Shown: positions 1-9,538 of the stretch, one piece after another
Layout: every line of letters begins with the position of its first letter
Position numbering within the stretch: position 1 is the stretch's first letter
IMG/VR virus record: IMGVR_UViG_3300020045_001640
Location: 17,083-81,082 of that record
Length of the DNA: 64,000 bases
Strand: one strand, 5' to 3'
DNA from: a virus
Taxonomy: Duplodnaviria; Caudoviricetes
Notes under the pieces: generated by a model
Seen by the model: the letters and a program-made list of their open reading frames with translations, nothing else
Told to the model about the DNA's origin: nothing
Databases searched by the model: none
Program-made: the position numbers and the translations under genes

Positions 1-1
1 T

Positions 2-904
2 GCACTAGAACGTGCTGGCATTGTTGTAGACAACTATTACGCTTCTGAGGTAGATAAGCACGCTATCAAGGTGAGCAATGCTAACTACACTGGAATTATT
101 CGTATCGGTGATGTGACTAAAGTTAGCTACAAGGATGGGGTACTGTACACTGAGAGTGGTGAGCTTAACGTTGGCAAGATTGATTTGTTGATTGGTGGCA
201 GTCCTTGCCAAAGCATTTCTAACCTTGGTGACGGCAGTGGGCTTGAGGGTAAGAGTGGACTGTTCTACCACTACTTGCGCATACGAGAAGAAGTGAAGCC
301 AACACACTTCCTTCTTGAGAATGTTGTAGGTAACAAGAAGGCTATTCAGAACATCACAGAAGAAGTTGGTGTTGAGCCTACTCTGATTGACTCTAACCTT
401 GTATCAGCACAAAATCGTAAACGTTACTACTGGACAGATATTGTGGGTGTTGAGCAGCCTAACAACTTAGGTATTGTGCTGAAAGATATACTTGAGCAGT
501 CGCCAGGACAATCTAGCGTTCTTAGCGAAGGGCGCTTACGCTGGCTATTGTCAGAGAAAGGTTAAGCGACAGTGGCGAAACGTTATGCCAACATTGACCC
601 TATCAAGGCGGCTTGTGTTACAGCACGTTCAGATGCTTCTTGGAATAGCAACTACGTCACACGAAACGGTAAGATCACAAAGTTGTCTTGTGTAGAGTAT
701 GAGAGGTTGCAGACAGTGCCTGACAACTACACTTCGTGCGTTGCAGACAGTCAGCGTTACAAGATGCTCAGAAACGGATGGACTGTTGATGTCCTAGTGC
801 ATATCTTCAAAAACCTCAAGACTGAAACAATCTTGGACAATCTCTTGAAGAATTACCAAGGAACGTTGCGGCAATGTGTTGACAGCGCACAAGAAGCGGC
901 TTAG
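2..904 (+). pseudogene. DNA cytosine-5 methyltransferase, 5'-truncated by the window edge and interrupted by one in-frame TAA (563-565)
   Basis: Frame is open from base 2 (ALERAGIVVDNYYASEVDK). Motifs IV (GGSPCQ), VI (LENV), VIII (QNRKRYYW), IX (ERLQT) and X (LRNGW) are present. Track ORFs 71..565 and 572..904 share one frame, separated only by TAA GCG ACA. Confidence 0.85.
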
Positions 905-907
905 AAT
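879..907 (+). promoter_or_regulatory. sigma70-like promoter
   Basis: TTGACA-17bp-TAGAAT. Confidence 0.7.
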
Positions 908-937
908 AGCGTATTGAACAAACACAAGGAGAAACGT

Positions 938-1138
938 ATGGCACGTAATTGGACACCAAACACAGGGAAATGCCCTGTTGTTACTGGTACGCTAGTAGAT
1001 GTAATTCACAGGGACGGAGAGGCGTTTAAGAGTGTAGCTGTGTCAGTACATTGGTCAGTGTGTTCTACAAACTGGCTTCTAGAGGAGTGTATTGGAGACA
1101 TCATTTTCTGGCGTCGTAGCAAGGAGAAGAAACAATGA
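938..1138 (+). CDS. hypothetical phage protein
   Basis: ATG after AGGAG; WTPNTGKCP...VDVIHRDG...DIIFWR; overlaps the next start. Confidence 0.7.
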   Translation: MARNWTPNTGKCPVVTGTLVDVIHRDGEAFKSVAVSVHWSVCSTNWLLEECIGDIIFWRRSKEKKQ

Positions 1139-1848
1139 GCAACGTAGCGATGAAATTCAGAGTGAAGGATGAACAACACTCGAAGGAGATTCAGGAGAAG
1201 CTGTTTAGTTTGGGTTACAAATGGTACTCTGGCGACGACGCACAGTTTACGAAACAACCATTTCTTTACGCGGCAGATGATGAGATGCTAATCACTTACT
1301 CTGATAGCTACGATGAAGACTATTTTAATCTAGAACCTCACACTCTGTGTGTTTTGCTTGACGGAGAATTTGTGCCTGTTGATAGCGTGTCCGAAGAAGT
1401 TGTACAAGTTTCGGACAGCAAGGTAAATCCAAAGCAAGCACTCGGACAAGCCTCCTTGCCACTGAACCTGTTCTCACCCCTGGCGACAGCTTATGGCAGC
1501 ATTGGCAAGCTCAACGGAAAGCTTAAGTACGGTTTAAGCAACTTCGTAGCAACACCTGTAATTGCTTCCATTTATGCTGACGCTATTCGCCGTCATCTTG
1601 ACAAGTGGATGGCAGGACAAGAGTTTGACGAGTCTGATGGTGTGCCTCACTTTGCAGCTATGCTGGCCAACATTGACATTCTGTTGTGCGCTCGTGCTGC
1701 TGGTACGTTGGTTGATGATCGCCCTCTGCTGATCGGCTTTGAAGCTGAGATGGAGAAGCTGACACCAATTGTGAAGGCTTTGCATGAACTTCACAAAGAT
1801 AAGAATCCTCACCATAATTTGTTGTCGGAGAAGGGTAATGCAAAGTAA
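1135..1848 (+). CDS. dATP/dGTP diphosphohydrolase-domain protein (DUF5664-like) with an N-terminal extra domain
   Basis: NPKQALGQASLPLNL...KYGLSNF...AIRRHLDKW...DGVPHFAAMLAN. Confidence 0.75.
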   Translation: MSNVAMKFRVKDEQHSKEIQEKLFSLGYKWYSGDDAQFTKQPFLYAADDEMLITYSDSYDEDYFNLEPHTLCVLLDGEFVPVDSVSEEVVQVSDSKVNPKQALGQASLPLNLFSPLATAYGSIGKLNGKLKYGLSNFVATPVIASIYADAIRRHLDKWMAGQEFDESDGVPHFAAMLANIDILLCARAAGTLVDDRPLLIGFEAEMEKLTPIVKALHELHKDKNPHHNLLSEKGNAK

Positions 1849-2056
1849 ACTACAAAGCTTCTGGGAAGCATGGGTGAATATATTGATAGGATTCTCTATC
1901 AACTTCCTCGCTAACATGCTTATCCTACCTCTGTTTGGCTTCAACATTACCGTAGGTGACAACCTTATTATTGGTGTTATTTATACATTGATTTCTTTGG
2001 CAAGAAGTTATGCGGTACGGAGATGGTTTAACAGAAAAGTGGGTGTGGCTAAATGA
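1838..2056 (+). CDS. small membrane protein
   Basis: MQSKLQSFWEAWVNILIGF..., two hydrophobic helices, coupled to its neighbours. Confidence 0.7.
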   Translation: MQSKLQSFWEAWVNILIGFSINFLANMLILPLFGFNITVGDNLIIGVIYTLISLARSYAVRRWFNRKVGVAK

Positions 2057-2247
2057 ATACAGAAATCCCTTACTCAAGCATCTGGGTTAGCAAGCTCCCA
2101 CCAGAGCACAAGATATTAGTAGGAATGCCCTACCGCTTCTACGACACAGGTACTAAATACTTTACACAGCTAGTTGACGGCGACGGACGTTCTAAGCTAT
2201 TATCTGAAGCATTTATCAAAGAGCACTATCAACAGGAGAAGAAATGA
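2053..2247 (+). CDS. hypothetical protein
   Basis: Start/stop overlaps with both neighbours in the operon. Confidence 0.6.
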   Translation: MNTEIPYSSIWVSKLPPEHKILVGMPYRFYDTGTKYFTQLVDGDGRSKLLSEAFIKEHYQQEKK

Positions 2248-2597
2248 ACGAAAGAATGACATTTAAAGAGAATCTGATTTCTCTGAGAGAATCGGTTATG
2301 TTTGCAGAAGCTAACTTGTTTCAAGCACGGAAGGCATTAACTGCTGCCGAGTGTGATATTCAGAATCATGTGTACACGAGCTTGGAAGAAGCTGAGGAAA
2401 CTCTTTCCAACCTGTTCTGGGATTGGGCACACGAAGACTGTGAAGGTGCTGGTAATTGTGGCTCTCCAGAGTATTCACAAGATTTCATCGTAGATGGTAT
2501 TGAGTACACTGCTACAGAGACTTTCGAGTATAATAGGCATGACCGCACCTACTATTACATTGACGGACACAGCTACTCTTACAAGGAGAAAGCATGA
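2244..2597 (+). CDS. hypothetical protein
   Basis: AGGAG RBS and ATGA overlap. Confidence 0.7.
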   Translation: MNERMTFKENLISLRESVMFAEANLFQARKALTAAECDIQNHVYTSLEEAEETLSNLFWDWAHEDCEGAGNCGSPEYSQDFIVDGIEYTATETFEYNRHDRTYYYIDGHSYSYKEKA

Positions 2598-2761
2598 CAT
2601 TAACGCAGATATTCAATGCCATCCAGCAAGGAGACATTGACATTACATACTTTGAAGCTCTCATCATTGAGCGAGAACGTGGAGCGTATGTTCAAGGCTA
2701 CCAGGACAGCACGATTGATGAGATGAGGGTGAGGGAGCAATTCTTGTCGGAGTGCTCGTAA
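2594..2761 (+). CDS. hypothetical protein (55 aa, not in the ORF track)
   Basis: ATGA overlap and AGGAG RBS; MTLTQIFNAIQQGDID... Confidence 0.55.
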   Translation: MTLTQIFNAIQQGDIDITYFEALIIERERGAYVQGYQDSTIDEMRVREQFLSECS

Positions 2762-2909
2762 ATGAAACCTCACTCGCGGAGTGCCTCTTGATGTGGAACC
2801 TATCACAACTGATGATTTTGTTTGGAATTGGTAAGATTGTAATGAAGGAGTCTCAGGAGAAACTGTGGCGTCCTGAGACGTATTTTCCAATGTTGAAGAA
2901 AGATGAGAA

Positions 2910-3125
2910 ATGAGCATTACTAAAACTGAGAAATACGTTGCACGTGGTATTGGATTTGATCGGCTTGAAGATGCAGAATTCTATGAGGTTTGCCAGCGTG
3001 TCAAAGATCATACTGATACTTATATCAAACAAAATCCTGAAGCTACCAGAGAAGTTGTCGCACAAATTGCAGTGAACGCTGTGTATGGGAGTTGTAAAGT
3101 AATTTTGAAAGGTCGAAATGATTAA
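2910..3125 (+). CDS. hypothetical protein
   Basis: ORF in operon orientation. Confidence 0.6.
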   Translation: MSITKTEKYVARGIGFDRLEDAEFYEVCQRVKDHTDTYIKQNPEATREVVAQIAVNAVYGSCKVILKGRND

Positions 3126-3408
3126 TTTGTTGAAAAACATAGGGCATCTTGTTCTTAGTGCTTTAGCGATAACCTATAACGCCTATGTAATGACAATCTT
3201 GTGGGCTTGGTTTATTGTGGCAACGTTCGGGCTTCCTGTTCTGAGTGTGCCAGTTGCTGTAGGGGTAGTTGCTATTGCTGCGCTGTTTAAGAGTGTCAAC
3301 CGTGACAACGCTGATCGGGAAGACGCTATAGTGTTTGGGCATACGTTCGGGTTTTTGAAGCCTACCGCTTGTTTGGCTGTTGGGTGGGTGGCTTTGAAAT
3401 TTGTGTAA
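3118..3408 (+). CDS. membrane protein
   Basis: Three hydrophobic segments. Confidence 0.7.
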   Translation: MINLLKNIGHLVLSALAITYNAYVMTILWAWFIVATFGLPVLSVPVAVGVVAIAALFKSVNRDNADREDAIVFGHTFGFLKPTACLAVGWVALKFV

Positions 3409-3415
3409 ATAAGTG

Positions 3416-3444
3416 TTGTAAATGTTCTGGGAGTAATCTATAAT
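3416..3444 (+). promoter_or_regulatory. sigma70-like promoter
   Basis: TTGTAA-17bp-TATAAT upstream of the SSB-like gene. Confidence 0.65.
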
Positions 3445-3556
3445 AAGCGTTCTCTTGTGGAGAGTTGAAACTTGAGAGGGAACGAATTGAAGAATTGTCC
3501 GTGTTGGACAACTATGCCGGGCGCGGCTTTGCGCAATTTAAATCAAGGAAAACAAT

Positions 3557-4645
3557 ATGTCTTTTAAACCACAAGCTCCTAAGCAAGATGAAAACGCAGC
3601 AGATCGCAAGCCTTTCGTTGCAATCGTACCAGATGACGGCTTGCAAGCTGTCCAAGTCGGCCTCATCGTCAACCTTGGGCAACACAAGAAGTTGCCTAAG
3701 TATGCGAAGGATAATGCTGGTAAGCGAGAAGTAGATAAAGAAACTGGCGAGGACAAAATCATCTGGCCTAAAGCTGGTAAGGATTTGGAGCAACGTGTTG
3801 GTGTCTACATTGATCTGCTGACACAGACTCATGACTACGAAGGTGATATTGGCGTCAAGAACATTCGTCTGCCTCTGCACCAAGTAAGCCGTGGCATGAG
3901 TGAGGGTCTGAACTTCACCACTGTGGCTCCTCGTGATCCTGATGGCAACTACATCAAAGGTCGTCCTTGGACTCTGGCTCCTGCGAGTGCTTGGTGCAAG
4001 ATTGCTGCTGTTGTGTTGGATTCGGAGGGTAAGAAAGTAAGCGATACAATGCTGAAAGCTGACTACAAGAATCCTAAGCACAATGACATCAATATGCTGC
4101 TTGGTAAGCCGTTCATGTATAACGTAGAAGTTAAGCAGACGGAGAAGGACGGAAACACTTATGTGAACACCAAACTTAAGTCCCCTGTCCCGCTGATGAA
4201 GGGTCTGAAAGTAGATGATGCTTTGGTAAAGGCTATCAGTATCTCCTTTGAAGATGCAGACTTGCTGGAAGCAAAAGAAGAACTTGGTGGTGCTTGCAAG
4301 TTTGATTTGCTCCGTGTTGCTGACATCCGTAAAATCGTGTTGGCAACAGATTACGAGGGTTCTGCTATGCAGACTGCCGTGCAGGAACGAGAAGACGAAA
4401 GTGCTCTGATTGCTAAGGCTAAGGAAATCCAAGAAAAGCTGATTGAGAATGACCGTGATCTGAATGAGATTAAGGATAAGTTCCCGAACGGCCCTGAAGG
4501 TGGTGAAGTTGCCACTACTGAAGCTCCTGCTAAGGCTGTTGCTGCTAAACCGGCGAAGCCTGCACCACGCCCTTCTCCAGCCTTTGCTGACATGGACGAT
4601 GACATTCCATTTGCCCCAATCAGCCGTAAAGCTTGGGCACTGTAA
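3557..4645 (+). CDS. ssDNA-binding / recombination-associated protein (putative)
   Basis: 362 aa; Ala/Pro/Lys linker then acidic DMDDDIPF near the C-terminus; own promoter and terminator; lies near the exonuclease. Confidence 0.55.
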   Translation: MSFKPQAPKQDENAADRKPFVAIVPDDGLQAVQVGLIVNLGQHKKLPKYAKDNAGKREVDKETGEDKIIWPKAGKDLEQRVGVYIDLLTQTHDYEGDIGVKNIRLPLHQVSRGMSEGLNFTTVAPRDPDGNYIKGRPWTLAPASAWCKIAAVVLDSEGKKVSDTMLKADYKNPKHNDINMLLGKPFMYNVEVKQTEKDGNTYVNTKLKSPVPLMKGLKVDDALVKAISISFEDADLLEAKEELGGACKFDLLRVADIRKIVLATDYEGSAMQTAVQEREDESALIAKAKEIQEKLIENDRDLNEIKDKFPNGPEGGEVATTEAPAKAVAAKPAKPAPRPSPAFADMDDDIPFAPISRKAWAL

Positions 4646-4660
4646 TTAAGTAACAACCTT

Positions 4661-4695
4661 GCCCTGCAAACCTACGGGTTTGCAGGGCTTTATTC
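4661..4695 (+). terminator. rho-independent terminator
   Basis: GCCCTGCAAACC-TACG-GGTTTGCAGGGC followed by TTTATT. Confidence 0.85.
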
Positions 4696-4707
4696 TAGGA
4701 GAAAACA

Positions 4708-5442
4708 ATGACACAACACAAAAAAGAACTGAATAGTATTCTTGTAGCAGCATCTCACTTCATGCCGCAAGGTGCAATCATTGCAGGCGGTGCTCTGACG
4801 AGCGCGTTCACCGGCACTAACATCAACGATGTGGATATGTACTTTAAGACTAAAGATGATTTCATCCTTGCTGTAGAACAAGCGTATGATGAAGGTTTGT
4901 GGTGTGTTGCTGCAACTAATCGTGCTGTTACTTTTGTTCAAGGCAGTAGCGTCATTCAGTTAATGCACTTTGACTTCTTTGAAACGGCTGAAGCCATCTT
5001 TGACGCTTTTGATTTCACAGTGTGTATGGCTGCTTACGACTTGGACAGCAAGGAGTTCATCTTCCACACAGACTTCTTCAAGCACGCTTCACAACGTTTT
5101 CTTCGTTTTCACAACGGCACCCGTTACCCTTACGGTTCGTTGATGCGTGTTCTCAAGTATCAACAGCGTGGTTACAAGATTGGTAAGAGTGACATACTTC
5201 GTATTGGTTTGGCTTGCCAACGTGTTGAGATGGAGTCGTGGGACGACTTGGCTTGTGCAATTGGTGGACAGTATGGGGACATTGCTAAGATTGAAACAGA
5301 CACTCCTTTCTCTTTAGACGCTGCTGATGAAATGTTCCGTGATGCGGATTTTACTATCGCTGAGAAGGAAGTCATGCCGGGGAACTTTGAAGATTTGCTA
5401 GACAAGATTGGTGTAGATTATCGGCTGGAGGAAGAAGCATGA
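4708..5442 (+). CDS. nucleotidyltransferase (Pol-beta superfamily, CCA/poly(A) polymerase head-like)
   Basis: IAGGALTS...NDVDMYF (GG..DxD signature) and FDFTVCM. Confidence 0.65.
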   Translation: MTQHKKELNSILVAASHFMPQGAIIAGGALTSAFTGTNINDVDMYFKTKDDFILAVEQAYDEGLWCVAATNRAVTFVQGSSVIQLMHFDFFETAEAIFDAFDFTVCMAAYDLDSKEFIFHTDFFKHASQRFLRFHNGTRYPYGSLMRVLKYQQRGYKIGKSDILRIGLACQRVEMESWDDLACAIGGQYGDIAKIETDTPFSLDAADEMFRDADFTIAEKEVMPGNFEDLLDKIGVDYRLEEEA

Positions 5443-6425
5443 CAAACTTAGTTTGGGACTTCGACTACATCAAGTACTCAGTTGGATCAATCGCAGAGAC
5501 ACGCAGTATTGTGGTAACACATAAGCAGTCCGGTAATCAGAAAGAATTCAAGACACGCACGGATTTCTATGGACATTACAAGAAGAAAGAAGGTGGATGG
5601 CTTGCAGAGCAGAACAAATCTCGTACAACGCCTTGGACAGCCGAAGACTTCACGATTGAAGACAAACAAGTAGCTCAACCTGTAGAATACGCGCTTAACG
5701 CTGTGAAGTCTCATATTGACAGTGTTGTGTACAAGACAGGCGCGAAGCAGTATTATGGATACATCGGCAAAGGCGATAGCTGGCGTGTAGATGCTTCCAC
5801 TATCCTCAAGTACAAAGGTTCGCGTACAAATGCAATGCGGCCTATCCATCTTGAAGCAATTGAAGAGTACTTGAAGAAGTTTCACGCAGCAGAAGAAATT
5901 CGTGTGCTGGAAGCCGATGACAAAGTTGTTATGGATTGCACAGCCGACCCAAGTTTGGTGTTAGTTGGTGTAGACAAGGACTACCGTGGATGTGCTCTCA
6001 CTTTGTTCAATCCTGACAAGATGGGCGAGCCTGAGAAGATTTCTGGCTTTGGTAAGCTTTATATCGGTTCTGATAAGAAGGTGCGGGGAGAAGGGCGTAT
6101 CTTCTTGGCCCATCAAATTCTAAGTGGCGACTCTAGTGATGACTATTGTGCAAACTCCGCTTGTGACACTCGTTGGGGTGACAAGAATAGTTATGCCATC
6201 TTGAGCAAGTGCAGCGATGACAAGCAAGCTTGGCAAGGGATTGTGGAGGCTTACAAGTCGCTCTACCCTGAGAAAAAGGAAATCATAGGTTGGAGAGGTG
6301 ATAAAATTGAAGTGGATTGGTTGTACTGCCTTCAAGAAAATGCTACAATGGCGCACATGCTTCGCTGGGAAGGTGACAGCATCAATGTCAAATCAGTTCT
6401 CGACAAACTTAAAGTAGCCTACTAA
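5439..6425 (+). CDS. 5'-3' exonuclease (FEN / T7 gp6-like)
   Basis: DFDY, YKGSR, EADD, DKDY and GDSSDDY acidic motifs. Confidence 0.85.
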   Translation: MTNLVWDFDYIKYSVGSIAETRSIVVTHKQSGNQKEFKTRTDFYGHYKKKEGGWLAEQNKSRTTPWTAEDFTIEDKQVAQPVEYALNAVKSHIDSVVYKTGAKQYYGYIGKGDSWRVDASTILKYKGSRTNAMRPIHLEAIEEYLKKFHAAEEIRVLEADDKVVMDCTADPSLVLVGVDKDYRGCALTLFNPDKMGEPEKISGFGKLYIGSDKKVRGEGRIFLAHQILSGDSSDDYCANSACDTRWGDKNSYAILSKCSDDKQAWQGIVEAYKSLYPEKKEIIGWRGDKIEVDWLYCLQENATMAHMLRWEGDSINVKSVLDKLKVAY

Positions 6426-6445
6426 ATCATAACAAGGAGAACAAC

Positions 6446-6871
6446 ATGCAACAAACAATGCCTCTAGGGGAGTCTTTCAGGTTTTCATGTGGGCCTGACG
6501 AATACACGTTCGTAAGCGGCAAGGGGTACACTTCTGAGAAGATGGATGGCAAATACATACAAGTCTCTGTTGAGCTTGCTCGCAATGCCATTCTACAAGG
6601 AGGTTGGAAGCTTCTCCCATCAGCCACACTCTCGGACGAGGAATCCTTCACGTTAGCTGAGAAGGCTGTTAATGCTGCGTTAGCGCCCGTGAAGGAAGTA
6701 AGTTTGTATGACGTTGCGGAGGAGTTTTTACACAATTTCAGAGGTGAGTTCTCCCGCAAGTGTAAATCTCATGGGGTAATTTACACTGTAACCTTTAAGA
6801 TGCAAGATGAACAGAAGCTGAAGAAGATGCTGGTGGCTTTGAACAGTTTGGAGAGCACTCTTGGTGACTAA
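6446..6871 (+). CDS. hypothetical protein
   Basis: AGGAG RBS, 141 aa. Confidence 0.7.
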   Translation: MQQTMPLGESFRFSCGPDEYTFVSGKGYTSEKMDGKYIQVSVELARNAILQGGWKLLPSATLSDEESFTLAEKAVNAALAPVKEVSLYDVAEEFLHNFRGEFSRKCKSHGVIYTVTFKMQDEQKLKKMLVALNSLESTLGD

Positions 6872-6893
6872 GAAATAGACAGTCTACTGCCAC

Positions 6894-6922
6894 TTGACAG
6901 AACTCAATGAATAGTATATAAT
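6894..6922 (+). promoter_or_regulatory. perfect-consensus sigma70 promoter
   Basis: TTGACA-17bp-TATAAT. Confidence 0.85.
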
Positions 6923-6949
6923 CCTATACTTATCAACAAGGAGGTGTAC

Positions 6950-7639
6950 ATGGCAGTAGACAAAGTATTGGCAACAAAGCTACGTGAAGATGGTTTAGGT
7001 TACAAAGAGATTGCACAACAACTTGGTTGTTCGGAAGCATGGTGTAAGATTTACCTTAAACACGTAAAGAAGAATACAGCCGAAAAGGCAGCAATCAAAC
7101 ACTGTATTGAGTTGGCACGGTCTGAGGATGCAATTACAAACTCAGGCATCAAACAAGGCATTCGTTCTGTCTACCCTTTTGAGGACAGTAAAGAGTGTGC
7201 GTTATTGGAGAAGAAGGCAATGACTCGGTTTAAGAACGCAATTAATAAAGCTCCAAACACAGTGATTCGTCCCTACTGGATGCAACCACAGAATGCACAA
7301 CTTAGTTTGGATGGTGTTCTTGAAGCTGTAAATGATATCAGTATGCGTATGGATGACGAGGTTGATGCTTTCCGTAAGAAGTTCAACTTAAACCAAAGCT
7401 ACGATAAGAGCCTTCGGTACACAATAATCAAGATGCTGTATTGTAGTAATTTGTTACCTGAAGGTATTGAGAATTATTGTGACTACTTAAGTAAAGTGGT
7501 TAGTAAGTTGAATGGTGACTATACTCCTTCTAACACTATAAGTAATAGTGCTGACATGGATATCCCTTTTGACATCGCTGTTTATTCGGGCTACTCTGAT
7601 GAGTACGAGTGCAATCTTGTAAGTCTTGACGACATTTAA
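6950..7639 (+). CDS. N-terminal HTH DNA-binding protein
   Basis: LREDGLGYKEIAQQLGCSEAWC; AGGAGG RBS before ATG 6950. Confidence 0.7.
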   Translation: MAVDKVLATKLREDGLGYKEIAQQLGCSEAWCKIYLKHVKKNTAEKAAIKHCIELARSEDAITNSGIKQGIRSVYPFEDSKECALLEKKAMTRFKNAINKAPNTVIRPYWMQPQNAQLSLDGVLEAVNDISMRMDDEVDAFRKKFNLNQSYDKSLRYTIIKMLYCSNLLPEGIENYCDYLSKVVSKLNGDYTPSNTISNSADMDIPFDIAVYSGYSDEYECNLVSLDDI

Positions 7640-7647
7640 GGGTTAAT

Positions 7648-8361
7648 ATGAAATACATGGGCAGTAAGGCTAGACATGCTAAGGAGTTGTTACCAATCAT
7701 TCTTGCTAATCGCACAGAAGGGCAGTGGTATGTAGAACCCTTTGTTGGTGGGGCTAATATGATTGACAAGGTTGAGGGTAATCGTATTGGTGCTGATGTC
7801 AACGAGTACCTTATCTCATTCCTAAGTGCGCTGCAGAAAGGGTATGCTCCTCCAGAGAACATGAACTTGGCACTGTATGAAGACATCCGAGATAACAAAG
7901 ATAAATACTCTAAAGCTACTGTGGGTTGTGTAGGCTTCTGTTTCACTTACGCAGCAAAGTGGTTCGGAGGGTTTATAGGCAACTCTAAAGATGTTGTGTG
8001 CGTTGGTAGAGATAGGATGGGTGAAAGCTACAGAAGTGTGGAGAAAGCTCGCAAGCAAGTGGAAGGTGTTCATCTCTTAGTGTGTGTATACAATGAGCTT
8101 CCAATTCCTAACAACTCTGTCATCTATTGTGATCCACCTTACAAGGACACTACTAAGTACAAAGACAGTTTTGACCATAAGCCCTTCTACGAGTGGTGCC
8201 GTAACATGCACAAACAAGGGCATCAAGTGTTTGTGTCGGAATATCAGATGCCGGATGACTTTATCTGTGTCTGGTCTAAAGAGGTGAACAGCAGTCTTAC
8301 TAAAGAGACAGGCAGTAAGAAGGGTGTTGAGAAGTTATTTACGTTGAAAGGAAACCTGTGA
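7648..8361 (+). CDS. DNA adenine methyltransferase (Dam/D12 class)
   Basis: YMGSK, YVEPFVGG and YCDPPY motifs. Confidence 0.9.
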   Translation: MKYMGSKARHAKELLPIILANRTEGQWYVEPFVGGANMIDKVEGNRIGADVNEYLISFLSALQKGYAPPENMNLALYEDIRDNKDKYSKATVGCVGFCFTYAAKWFGGFIGNSKDVVCVGRDRMGESYRSVEKARKQVEGVHLLVCVYNELPIPNNSVIYCDPPYKDTTKYKDSFDHKPFYEWCRNMHKQGHQVFVSEYQMPDDFICVWSKEVNSSLTKETGSKKGVEKLFTLKGNL

Positions 8362-8540
8362 AACAAATCAGCATTGTCATGCGCTCCACATGGGGCGGAA
8401 GCAATTACTCACAAGAATCTGTAGAAGCTTTCTACGATTACTCTAACGCTGTGTTGGCAAGGGATAGCTTGCAAGGCAGGCAAGATAAGGCTGATGTGGA
8501 ATATTATATTGAGACGCTTGAGATAGGGGATAGTTTATGA
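8358..8540 (+). CDS. hypothetical protein
   Basis: Coupled ORF. Confidence 0.55.
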   Translation: MKQISIVMRSTWGGSNYSQESVEAFYDYSNAVLARDSLQGRQDKADVEYYIETLEIGDSL

Positions 8541-8812
8541 CAGAAGATTGGACTAAAGAATTTGAAGAGGCTCAAGCCAATCTTCCTGTAACTCTCGCTA
8601 AGATTGATGCTGTGATTGCACGGATTAAAGAGGAACTGGCAACTTACGAAACACCAAAGACTTTCAGTTTTGTCGTTAAGCTGGAACACTACAGAAAGTG
8701 GATGACACTATTTCACTTCAAGTCAAAGCGTCAATGGCGAGAGGCTAGGAAAGCTTTTGGGGGGGATAAGGCTAAGTGGATTGCTTGGAAGGAGTCTGCT
8801 GGTGACCGCTAA
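8537..8812 (+). CDS. hypothetical protein
   Basis: Coupled ORF. Confidence 0.6.
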   Translation: MTEDWTKEFEEAQANLPVTLAKIDAVIARIKEELATYETPKTFSFVVKLEHYRKWMTLFHFKSKRQWREARKAFGGDKAKWIAWKESAGDR

Positions 8813-9347
8813 GAAAACTAAAGCACCACTCGTGCGTTGCAATGGCACAATGACAGAATCACAATACCTCTCATGGATTCGATCAGCACTACGTAGCAAG
8901 TCTCTAAGTTGGAAACCTCGCCAGAAAGCACTTGAAATGGCAAGACGACCTTACAAGGGGCCGAACAAGCTTCAGAAATGGGAGTACGCTTGTGCCATTT
9001 GTGGGGAGTGGCATAAGGCTAAAGATGTGATAGTTGACCACTGGCCTATTGCTGCGGGTAGTATTCTTCACACAGACGACATTGGCCCTTTCGCTAACAA
9101 CTTGTACTGTGAGGTGGAGAATCTTAGAGTGTTGGATAAGGTGTGCCACGACATACACACCCTTTCAGAAGCTCATAGTATTAGTTGGGAACAAGCCACG
9201 GTACTGAAGAAAGTGATCGAAGTAGAGAAGACTCACAAGCCTGATAAAATCATTGCAATGCTGAAAGAAGCAAACTATAATGATGTGAGCAACAAGGATA
9301 AGAGGCGAGTAGCCTTGACAGAGATGTTTACAAAGGAGAGTAAGTGA
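8802..9347 (+). CDS. HNH endonuclease (phage core type)
   Basis: WIRSALRS...CAICGEW...VDH...NLRVLDKVCHDIH; GTG start after AAGGAG. Confidence 0.8.
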   Translation: MTAKKTKAPLVRCNGTMTESQYLSWIRSALRSKSLSWKPRQKALEMARRPYKGPNKLQKWEYACAICGEWHKAKDVIVDHWPIAAGSILHTDDIGPFANNLYCEVENLRVLDKVCHDIHTLSEAHSISWEQATVLKKVIEVEKTHKPDKIIAMLKEANYNDVSNKDKRRVALTEMFTKESK

Positions 9348-9538
9348 CTAAGAAGCCCACAGCAAGACAACAAGCTCGTCAAACAATTAAAGACGAGCTT
9401 GAAAAGAGCCTGCTCATTGCCAAGCAGGATTTGCGTACTAACCGTTTCCAGTTTCAGAAGCTGCATGAACGACAGGAAGTGTTGAAGCGTAAAGTGGCAG
9501 AGATGGCTCTGTTGATTAAGACTTTGGAGAGTGTATGA
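9344..9538 (+). CDS. hypothetical coiled-coil protein
   Basis: GTGA overlap and AGGAG RBS. Confidence 0.6.
   Translation: MTKKPTARQQARQTIKDELEKSLLIAKQDLRTNRFQFQKLHERQEVLKRKVAEMALLIKTLESV

Noticed and set aside
563-565. Genome-wide stop-codon reassignment
   Set aside because: Only one in-frame stop was found. The large genes are intact under the standard code, TAA is the common true stop, and the only tRNA is Thr, not a suppressor.
1135-1848. 2-aminoadenine (Z) genome system
   Set aside because: No purZ/purA-like or datZ HD-domain gene in the window; the diphosphohydrolase alone is not diagnostic.
3512-4432. Long antisense ORFs (e.g. 3512..4432, 40799..42373, 35857..36678)
   Set aside because: They shadow well-supported genes on the opposite strand, lack RBSs and have no recognisable motifs.
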